Origin: a virus | IMG/VR virus record: IMGVR_UViG_3300046522_000297 | Span: 1 to 64,000 of that record | DNA length: 64,000 nt | Reading direction: 5' to 3' (one strand) | In this document: positions 56,458-63,410 of the stretch, piece by piece | How the letters are laid out: every line of letters starts with the position of its first letter | Position numbering within the stretch: the stretch's first letter is position 1 | Notes under the pieces: generated by a model | What the model was told of the DNA's origin: nothing | Seen by the model: the letters and a program-made list of their open reading frames with translations, nothing else | Databases searched by the model: none | Made by a program: the position numbers and the translations under genes

Positions 56458-56487
56458 GATCCCTAGTTTCGACTGGGGATTTTTTTT
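56458..56487 (+). terminator. intrinsic terminator
   Basis: ATCCCTAGT TTCG ACTGGGGAT + T tract. Confidence 0.85.
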
Positions 56488-56508
56488 AGCTCAATTAAGC
56501 TCATCCGT

Positions 56509-56518
56509 TTTGGTATAA
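56509..56518 (+). promoter_or_regulatory. phage promoter motif
   Basis: TTTGGTATAA GATT AGTG directly before a tRNA-like element. Confidence 0.75.
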
Positions 56519-56524
56519 GATTAG

Positions 56525-56593
56525 TGTCATGTAACTCAGCGGTAGAGTGCTAGAACCTTTCTAGAAGTCGCCAGTTCGATTCTGGTCACGGCC
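56525..56593 (+). ncRNA. tRNA-like RNA with shrunken anticodon loop, no CCA
   Basis: ACTC AGCGGTA GAGT D arm; CTAGA ACCTT TCTAG; GCCAG TTCGATT CTGGT T arm; followed by hairpin CTCCCC GAAA GGGGAG. Confidence 0.6.
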
Positions 56594-56630
56594 TCCCCGA
56601 AAGGGGAGTTTATTTAGTCAAACAGGAGAT

Positions 56631-56936
56631 ATGTCAGTGCCTATTTCATTTCAAGAAATTCAAAATAACATTGATCAAAGCATCGTGTCTAGAGTGATCC
56701 GAACCATTGACGGTAAGTTGTCGGATCCCACTTACGCAAGGGAATGGATGTGTAATTCGGATACTAACCCAACTTATCGATTTGCAATCCCCGGCTCGGT
56801 GACCGACTACGAAAAGAAGGCTATTATTAACACGTATATGAACGTGGGATGGGGCACCGTGGAGGTTAAAAACTCCTCTGAAAACGGTGAGCGTCCCGGT
56901 ATGGTCGGTGTTGTATTGAAACAGCACGCTGAATAA
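56631..56936 (+). CDS. hypothetical protein
   Basis: RBS AGGAG; Y...GW..V....SSENGERPG. Confidence 0.7.
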   Translation: MSVPISFQEIQNNIDQSIVSRVIRTIDGKLSDPTYAREWMCNSDTNPTYRFAIPGSVTDYEKKAIINTYMNVGWGTVEVKNSSENGERPGMVGVVLKQHAE

Positions 56937-56988
56937 GTTCTTCCCGGTCTAAGGCCGGGCTTTTTTTTAGCTCAATATATTTGTGTTA

Positions 56989-56998
56989 TTTGGTATAA
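56989..56998 (+). promoter_or_regulatory. phage promoter motif
   Basis: TTTGGTATAA GCTA AATG + hairpin GTAAC/GTTAC. Confidence 0.75.
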
Positions 56999-57061
56999 GC
57001 TAAATGTAACAAAGTATCGTTACCTTTTTTTTGGCCAACCGAGCTTATATGGAGACATTAA

Positions 57062-57637
57062 ATGTCTGCAGTAACCAAACGTAATATCAGTGCATTGAAG
57101 GGCATGAAGCAGTTCGCTGTTCGTAGCCTGGAGCAACGCCAGCTCCGTCACCCCGACCACCGCTTCCTCTCGGTGGACGCCAAGCCTTTCCCCTGTCCTG
57201 TCAACGCAGTTATCAAAGCTGCTTCGGATATCGATTTCCGAGCGACCAAACCCAAGGATCTCCCCGAGGGTATGAACGCTCCTCGCAAGCGTGCAACTCC
57301 GGCAACGTACACTCCTCGTACTAACCTCGGCAAGTCCAAGTGGGATTTCCAGTATATGGAATCGGGTAACAGCATTGCCATCCCGGTCCAGGTATCGGAA
57401 AGCAATGATTTCCAGTTCCGCCGTGAAGTGGCTCGTATCAAGGGTTGCGGTCGCGGAGTTCTCCGCTACCAAAAGAACCGTGGTTACGTCGACCCCGGTT
57501 TCCTGATTCAGACTTCTGTCGAAGACATCGTCATCAAGACTTTACCTAACGGAGATCCAGTCACGAAACCCCATGTTGTCTTCTGGCGTATCGACGGCAC
57601 TCCGATCGACCCTGCGTATCTCGCAGGTTCAATTTAA
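57062..57637 (+). CDS. hypothetical protein (possible DNA-binding)
   Basis: RBS GGAG; SKWDF..ME.G.S...FWRID. Confidence 0.65.
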   Translation: MSAVTKRNISALKGMKQFAVRSLEQRQLRHPDHRFLSVDAKPFPCPVNAVIKAASDIDFRATKPKDLPEGMNAPRKRATPATYTPRTNLGKSKWDFQYMESGNSIAIPVQVSESNDFQFRREVARIKGCGRGVLRYQKNRGYVDPGFLIQTSVEDIVIKTLPNGDPVTKPHVVFWRIDGTPIDPAYLAGSI

Positions 57638-57652
57638 ATAACCGCATATCTT

Positions 57653-57662
57653 TTTGGTATAA
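57653..57662 (+). promoter_or_regulatory. phage promoter motif
   Basis: TTTGGTATAA GGAA AGTA + hairpin AGAGAAGA/TCTTCTCT. Confidence 0.75.
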
Positions 57663-57718
57663 GGAAAGTAGAGAAGAGCATATCTTCTCTTTTTGCGCTT
57701 AACTAGCCATCTCCTTTT

Positions 57719-58069
57719 ATGGAAATCCCAACCAAGATCCTCGAAGCTTTGGGTTTCTCAAAGCCTAGAGAGGTTCTGAAGATTCACACTGATACTATCA
57801 ATACTTCCCAGGTCAACATGATCGAGGAGTATTGCCCACCCGGTTGTGATCCTAAGAGAACCAAGCTGGCAATCAGCAAACGCGGTCGTAAGGACAGAGG
57901 TAACTTTGTTCAAGTCTACTACCGTGCAGGTAACAAACTCGCCCCTCAGCCAACGGCCGAGGACAAATCGAATCAATTCTGGAGAGAACTTAATGAGCTC
58001 GTCGAACGAAACCAAAGCCGTGGTGAACGTCCACGCAGTCAAGAAAACCGAAACGGAAGCCGCCGCTGA
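57719..58069 (+). CDS. hypothetical protein
   Basis: first ORF after the promoter. Confidence 0.55.
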   Translation: MEIPTKILEALGFSKPREVLKIHTDTINTSQVNMIEEYCPPGCDPKRTKLAISKRGRKDRGNFVQVYYRAGNKLAPQPTAEDKSNQFWRELNELVERNQSRGERPRSQENRNGSRR

Positions 58070-58167
58070 CAAAGCGTACTACGCTGCCAAGCGCGTCCGT
58101 AAGGGCAAAACCGCCAAGAAGCGCGCCGGCAGTGGCCGTGGTCACGCAGCATAACTAAGGAAATACA

Positions 58168-58359
58168 ATGGAAATCCTGCACAAGCTGTTCCCGTTCCTG
58201 GGCCAGGTCAAATCCCCGGCCGATAAAAAGGCCCCGAAGGTCTACCCGTTCTCGTCGACGCGTCAACACACCCGTGCAATCTGTCAAGGTTTGCACAACG
58301 TCCGGGTCAACGTCGCCGGCAAGCACAACACCGTGCTGCAAACGGGGGATGCCAAGTAA
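58168..58359 (+). CDS. small hypothetical protein
   Basis: RBS AAGGA. Confidence 0.6.
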   Translation: MEILHKLFPFLGQVKSPADKKAPKVYPFSSTRQHTRAICQGLHNVRVNVAGKHNTVLQTGDAK

Positions 58360-58371
58360 GTAGCGCCGGAC

Positions 58372-58400
58372 TTGCAGTATAGTGACTACGTTGCTATAAT
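58372..58400 (+). promoter_or_regulatory. sigma-70-type promoter
   Basis: TTGCAG-17-TATAAT upstream of the tRNA pair. Confidence 0.65.
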
Positions 58401-58413
58401 GTAAGTCTTCTGT

Positions 58414-58501
58414 GCGCCGGAAGCCCTATTGGTCGGAGGCCCTCGACTCATAATCGAGCTGCGAAAGCACGTTGCGGGTTCAAAGCCCGCCCGGCGCACC
58501 A
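58414..58501 (+). tRNA. tRNA with CAT anticodon (Met or Ile2), long variable arm
   Basis: GCGCCGG/CCGGCGC, CTCGA CTCATAA TCGAG, TGC GAAA GCA arm, A73-CCA. Confidence 0.85.
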
Positions 58502-58519
58502 ATAAATAGTTGTTAAGAT

Positions 58520-58607
58520 GGACCGGAAGCCCTACTGGTCGGAGGCCCTCGACTAATAATCGAGCTTCGAAATCACATTGCGGGTTCAAAGACCGCCCGG
58601 TCCACCA
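58520..58607 (+). tRNA. tRNA with AAT anticodon (Ile), tandem paralog of the CAT tRNA
   Basis: GGACCGG/CCGGTCC, CTCGA CTAATAA TCGAG, A73-CCA. Confidence 0.75.
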
Positions 58608-58626
58608 ACTCCGTAATTATAATAAG

Positions 58627-59049
58627 ATGCCTCAAGAAGCACAGTTTCCATTCGAAGGATATAGACTTTACATAGTACTTCACAAAAAAGAAGGCCGACG
58701 TATGGCTAACTTAGTGAAGAAAGACACGGGTAGTCAAGTAAGAACTACCATGTCGTACGCCCGTTATCTCATGTCAGTTCATTTAGGTAGAGTTTTGACC
58801 GAAGATGAGCATGTCGATCATAAAAATGACGATAAGTTGGATGATAGAATCGATAATTATCAGATTTTAACCCCAGCACAAAACCTTGAAAAGTATAATC
58901 GGTCACACCCTAAAAAAGTCGTAGATGTAAGATGTTTTTGGTGTGGCACTACTTTTCAAATGGACAAAAGAAACGTCCCATTTAGGCCCAATGCTTGTTG
59001 CAGTAGAAAGTGCGCTAGAGCTAAGCAGTTTAACAGAGACAAAAGTTAG
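58627..59049 (+). CDS. HNH endonuclease
   Basis: YARYLM..HLGR.L...EHVDHKNDDKLDDRIDNYQIL...N; C-terminal CxxC..CSxxC. Confidence 0.85.
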   Translation: MPQEAQFPFEGYRLYIVLHKKEGRRMANLVKKDTGSQVRTTMSYARYLMSVHLGRVLTEDEHVDHKNDDKLDDRIDNYQILTPAQNLEKYNRSHPKKVVDVRCFWCGTTFQMDKRNVPFRPNACCSRKCARAKQFNRDKS

Positions 59050-59084
59050 TAGTCCTCTCACACAATCCGTTTTAGGAGTTTCGC

Positions 59085-59507
59085 TTGGAAACGTCCAATT
59101 CCCCAACGGTTCTTACCGTTCCAGAGATCGAAGCAATGCTTCGTATCACCACCGCACAAGTAACAATTACGAAAGAGGTCGAAGGTGTAAACCTCGATGA
59201 CCTCTGCCGTAAACTGTTGCAAATGCATGAAGAGGCGGCAAACGATCCGAACATCGCAGCTCGTTTCCCTCCCAGAACCATTGATGTCAAGGTGCAGTTC
59301 AGCAACAACAAGATCGGCGCAATCAAAATTGTCCGTATGCTTACGGGTCAGGGTTTGAAAGAGTCGAAAGATCTCTGTGATTATGCGGCCCGTGATTTCG
59401 GAGGACGTAGCTCCGTAGTTTTACGTGGAATCCGCCCCGAGGCCTTTACGGCAGTCCAGCGAGAAACCCCTTTCATGGGTGATGTCTCGGTATCTGAACA
59501 CAACTAA
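59085..59507 (+). CDS. protein with a ribosomal bL12 (L7/L12) C-terminal-like domain
   Basis: NKIGAIKIVRMLTGQGLKESKDLCD vs bL12 [25 protein letters not shown]. Confidence 0.7.
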   Translation: METSNSPTVLTVPEIEAMLRITTAQVTITKEVEGVNLDDLCRKLLQMHEEAANDPNIAARFPPRTIDVKVQFSNNKIGAIKIVRMLTGQGLKESKDLCDYAARDFGGRSSVVLRGIRPEAFTAVQRETPFMGDVSVSEHN

Positions 59508-59577
59508 GTTTCACCCCGCCGAGGGCTAAGAGAAATCTTGGCCCTTTCTTCTTTTCGTCCAACCAAATAGGACTCAT

Positions 59578-61692
59578 ATGAATCACTCCGTAGCAACTAT
59601 CCCGCGTCGTCCGCTCGCTACCGCCGTCACTCAAGCTCTGTCGGCTCTCAAGACGGTACGTGCTGCTGCAGCTGAGGATGAGTCGAATTCGGTCAACACC
59701 GAACTCGCCATTTCCCCGGAACTCGACGCTGCAGTCGAAGACGTCATCGCCCAAGCCAAGGCCCTGGAACTCCTGGAGCCGGTCAAGGCAGAACTGCCGA
59801 AAGTCGACCTGAGCACGGTCGTCGAATTCGTCCCGGTCAAGAACAAGATCGGCCGCTACCGCATCGTCTCGACGAAGCTGCGCCAGTTTATCCACGATTC
59901 CACCGATACCGGCTTCATGTCGGAAAAGATGCTGGAATCGATCCACGACAGCGAAGAGCAGAAAGCAGCCCGTCTGCGTATCTCGCTTATCGATCTGGAA
60001 GCGATGTTCCGCAGCTTCCACGACTTCGCCTCGATCGATGAAGACGACGTCAAGTCCTCGGCTTCCGGCCTGACCTGGCCCGAATACAAGACGATGTTCG
60101 ACGACCTGAACCAGCGTTATAGCACCTGGCTGGAAATGCGTCGTGCTGCTGCACAAGCCAAACATGACGCACACATGGCTCAGTTCAACAGCGGCGTGGC
60201 GGACTACGAAAGCACGCTCGTCGGCCTGAAGGGTGAATCGATCAAGCGTCTGAACGGCACGGCGATTCCGTACGTGTTCGATATGGGTGGCCAGAAGATC
60301 GTCGGCAAGATCACCAATGCCCGTGAACAAGAACACCCGATGATGGGTAAGTGGATAGAAGTCCGTTACGAAATCCACACCCACAACGGCATCGGCCTGT
60401 CGAGCACCAACCACAAGCTGGATATCCCGATCTACGAAGGCGTAGCTTCGCTGGAATCGCTCGGCCTGACCCGCCTGGACAAGTGCTCGGAAAGCGTGAA
60501 AGCTGCCCTGATCGCCCGTGGCGAGAAGTACCTGAAGTTGCACGAGAAGCCGGCGTACGTCATGTCGACGGGCAATATCACCCGCAAGGAAGGCCGCAAC
60601 ACGTACCAATTCAACGCCAAGGGTCGCGCCATGGTCGATATCCTCGGCCATCGTCAGATGGATACGAACTACTACGCACACTTCCACGTGGCGGATCCGG
60701 ACGGCATGGAACCGGACGACTACATCCCGATGTCGAAGGTCGACGACTACATCAAGATGAGCTGCAGCCCGTACCTGTACGGCTTCTCGTTCAAGGCCAA
60801 ACTCTGGGGCGAAATGCTCGTCGACCAAATCACGGAAATCCAGTTCCGTGACGACGTCTACGACAAGCTGGTCCTGGACGATGCCACCAAGCGCATGATC
60901 TTCGCTCAAGTCACCGATACCGGCGACGCTGACACAGATCTGATCGCTGGTAAAGGCGTCGGCTGCATCGCCCTGCTGGAAGGTCCTCCGGGTGTCGGTA
61001 AAACCCTGACGGCGGAAGCTGTCTCGGAAACCCTGAAGCGTCCGATTTACTATGTGTCGGTCGGCGAACTGGGTACCAGTGCTCGTTCGCTGGAAACCAA
61101 CCTGAAGGAAATTCTGGAAATCGCAGCTTCCTGGAATGCCATTCTGCTGCTGGACGAAGGTGACGTGTTCCTGGAACGCCGTGACAGCCACGATCTGGAG
61201 CGTAACGCCATGGTTGCCGTGTTCCTGCGTCTGCTGGAGTATTTCCCGGGCATCATGTTCCTGACGACCAACCGTGCCGACAACATCGACCCGGCCTTCG
61301 AGTCCCGCATCACGCTTTGCATCCACTACAAGGATCTGGACGCAAGCAGCCGCTTCAAGATCTGGACGAACCTGCTGAATGCTGCTAAAATCAAGAGCAT
61401 CAATACGGAAGCCATCGATCGTCTGTCGCACTTCAAGCTGAACGGTCGTCAGATCAAGCAGGTGATCAAGTCGGCGGGTGCACTGGCTCGTTTCGAGAAG
61501 CGCAACCTGGAATACGACGACTTCATGACCGTCATCCAGCAGAAGGAAGACTTCAAGAAGGCCACCGTCTACCAGCTCGGCAAGGGTCTGTCTGACGACA
61601 AGGCAGCAGCACCGGTGAAGGAAGTGGGCCTGGTCCGCCGTGTGTGGAACGCCCTGGTCAACAACGGCCAGAGCCTGGGTCAAGGCCAGTAA
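59578..61692 (+). CDS. AAA+ ATPase
   Basis: GPPGVGKTLTAE, LLLDEGD, FLRLLEY, LTTNR..IDPAFESR, LNGRQI. Confidence 0.92.
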   Translation: MNHSVATIPRRPLATAVTQALSALKTVRAAAAEDESNSVNTELAISPELDAAVEDVIAQAKALELLEPVKAELPKVDLSTVVEFVPVKNKIGRYRIVSTKLRQFIHDSTDTGFMSEKMLESIHDSEEQKAARLRISLIDLEAMFRSFHDFASIDEDDVKSSASGLTWPEYKTMFDDLNQRYSTWLEMRRAAAQAKHDAHMAQFNSGVADYESTLVGLKGESIKRLNGTAIPYVFDMGGQKIVGKITNAREQEHPMMGKWIEVRYEIHTHNGIGLSSTNHKLDIPIYEGVASLESLGLTRLDKCSESVKAALIARGEKYLKLHEKPAYVMSTGNITRKEGRNTYQFNAKGRAMVDILGHRQMDTNYYAHFHVADPDGMEPDDYIPMSKVDDYIKMSCSPYLYGFSFKAKLWGEMLVDQITEIQFRDDVYDKLVLDDATKRMIFAQVTDTGDADTDLIAGKGVGCIALLEGPPGVGKTLTAEAVSETLKRPIYYVSVGELGTSARSLETNLKEILEIAASWNAILLLDEGDVFLERRDSHDLERNAMVAVFLRLLEYFPGIMFLTTNRADNIDPAFESRITLCIHYKDLDASSRFKIWTNLLNAAKIKSINTEAIDRLSHFKLNGRQIKQVIKSAGALARFEKRNLEYDDFMTVIQQKEDFKKATVYQLGKGLSDDKAAAPVKEVGLVRRVWNALVNNGQSLGQGQ

Positions 61693-61702
61693 CAAGTATT
61701 AC

Positions 61703-61787
61703 GGGAGCATGGTGGAACTGGGATACACTACAGTCTTAAACACTGTCGCCTTCGGGATTGCGGGTTCGACTCCCGCTGCTCCCACCA
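61703..61787 (+). tRNA. tRNA-Leu(TAA)
   Basis: ACAGT CTTAAAC ACTGT, variable arm, A73-CCA. Confidence 0.92.
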
Positions 61788-61848
61788 AAACAACGGCCGG
61801 CTAGGTTAACTCTTAGTCGGTCTTTTAATTTGTGAAGTTCTTTTAAGA

Positions 61849-62214
61849 ATGGATATTAGTATGTCGAAGCAAGAAAAAATCGCAGCAGCAAAAGCAACGA
61901 AGACCTCCAAGCCGACCGTGGCCCAATTCACGGGTTCGCTCGACACGACGGCGTTCGAAAAGGACTCTGTCTCCCCGGCGGATCGTTTCTGGAACATCAA
62001 GGGCACGAGCTACTATAGCCGTGACAAGGGCCTGCTGAAGGGTCTGCGTCGTGTCCTGAACCTGAAGGCAGGCGTGAACGAAGACGTGGCTGACGTCATC
62101 GAACACGACAAGAACGACAAGGAAATCATCGTCGACAAAATCGCTGCTGTCCCGGCGAAAGACTGGCCGTTCAAGATCACCAAGGGCCCGGCTCATCCGC
62201 GCCTGAACGGCTAA
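61849..62214 (+). CDS. hypothetical protein (start may be 61861)
   Basis: strong codon bias. Confidence 0.7.
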   Translation: MDISMSKQEKIAAAKATKTSKPTVAQFTGSLDTTAFEKDSVSPADRFWNIKGTSYYSRDKGLLKGLRRVLNLKAGVNEDVADVIEHDKNDKEIIVDKIAAVPAKDWPFKITKGPAHPRLNG

Positions 62215-62244
62215 GCTCAGCAGTTTCAATAATCACTCTAGGTA

Positions 62245-62253
62245 TTGGTATAA
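62245..62253 (+). promoter_or_regulatory. phage promoter motif
   Basis: TTGGTATAA TATA AGTA. Confidence 0.7.
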
Positions 62254-62319
62254 TATAAGTAACATAGAAATATGTATCTTTTCTTATGCTTACCTAGGGT
62301 TAAGCTGAAAGGAATTGAG

Positions 62320-62496
62320 ATGTTCAACATCCTCAACAATCTGGCGAAAGCTGCTGTCGGTATCGTGGTGGAAACTCCGCTGGCCATCGCAGCTGATGTC
62401 GTAACCCTCGGTGGCACCTTGACCGACAAGGACAAGACCTACACCGAGACCGCTGTCGAAAACGTTTACAAGAACGTCGAGAAAGCAACGAAGTAA
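62320..62496 (+). CDS. small conserved phage protein
   Basis: RBS AAGGA; KAAVG.VV.TP.A..ADVVTLGG.LTD. Confidence 0.65.
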   Translation: MFNILNNLAKAAVGIVVETPLAIAADVVTLGGTLTDKDKTYTETAVENVYKNVEKATK

Positions 62497-62526
62497 CAAC
62501 CTTCCATAACTTCAAAGGGAAATCCT

Positions 62527-62772
62527 GTGTCTGCAAAGAAAGAAGCTAAAGGCGGCAAGCCCGCACCCGTCGCACCGGCCAAGAAAGCCAAAGTCGATCC
62601 GGCAACCAAGATCAAGCGCAATGCTGACGGTACCAAGGCCATGAAAGTGGCACGTGGCACCGAGCGTCGTCGCCGTCGTGAAGGTCTGCGTCAGGACTGG
62701 AAAACCCATCCGAACGCAAAGCAAATGCTGAAGCCGGGTCAACAGACCGTGGCAGAAGCACAAGCAGCGTAA
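62527..62772 (+). CDS. small basic protein
   Basis: GTG start after AAGGGA; K/R-rich. Confidence 0.65.
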   Translation: MSAKKEAKGGKPAPVAPAKKAKVDPATKIKRNADGTKAMKVARGTERRRRREGLRQDWKTHPNAKQMLKPGQQTVAEAQAA

Positions 62773-62821
62773 AAGCAGTACCCACCGCTCCGGCTGAATC
62801 AGTGCGGGGCGGTGGTCCAGA

Positions 62822-62898
62822 CGGGAAGATAGCTTAGTTGGTAGAGCGCCGTATCTGAGGTACGCATGTCAGAGGTTCAAATCCTCTCTTTCCGACCA
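62822..62898 (+). ncRNA. Pro-like tRNA body with an aberrant anticodon loop (tRNA-like/pseudo-tRNA)
   Basis: CGGGAAG/CTTTCCG-A-CCA, canonical D and T arms, arm CGTATC TGA GGTACG lacks U33. Confidence 0.65.
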
Positions 62899-62920
62899 AA
62901 ATTCAATCAACGAAATTATC

Positions 62921-63109
62921 ATGTACATTACCTGGACTCTCCTATTTATTGTATCTGCAATCCTCGGAGGGCTCTTCGGTGATTGTGGTATGACTGCAAC
63001 AGCGGGTGGATTGTTTTCCATCGCTCTAGTTGCAGCAATTGCATTATTCGTAACGTGGATAGATGACGTAGAAACTAAAACCGTTGACGACTCGGTACGT
63101 AAGCGTTAA
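62921..63109 (+). CDS. small membrane protein
   Basis: two hydrophobic helices. Confidence 0.55.
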   Translation: MYITWTLLFIVSAILGGLFGDCGMTATAGGLFSIALVAAIALFVTWIDDVETKTVDDSVRKR

Positions 63110-63124
63110 AATAGTATCTCAAAT

Positions 63125-63200
63125 GCGGGGTTAGCTCAGTTGGTAGAGCGCTTTCCTTCCAAGTAAGAGGTCGCCGATTCGAATTCGGCATCCCGCTCCA
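63125..63200 (+). tRNA. tRNA-Gly(TCC)
   Basis: loop CTTCCAA, U73-CCA; TTGACG-17-TAAAAT upstream. Confidence 0.92.
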
Positions 63201-63410
63201 GGTTTCCTTCTTATCGCCGAGGTAGATCACAACGATCCCTCGGCGATTCTTTTTCGTACCTACACCGATTCCCCATCTTCAAAATTACTCTAAAGGCAAT
63301 CTCGCCATTATACGTTGTTGACACTGCGTAAGGGTCGAGGATGAGGAATCGGTGTGGGCACGTGTCCACTAGACCAATGTTGGTCATAACTCCAAATAAA
63401 TAGGAAAAAC

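Noticed and set aside
59473-61695. 740-aa minus-strand ORF (and similar antisense ORFs at 9436, 13171, 36526, 48053, 55437)
   Set aside because: Shadow frames of strongly codon-biased plus-strand genes with clear motifs; no RBS or recognisable domains
41418-63200. Short ORFs overlapping tRNA genes (41418, 43308, 43537, 45184, 45253, and the 5' parts of 46486 and 58510)
   Set aside because: Explained by the tRNA sequences; true starts reassigned to 46561 and 58627
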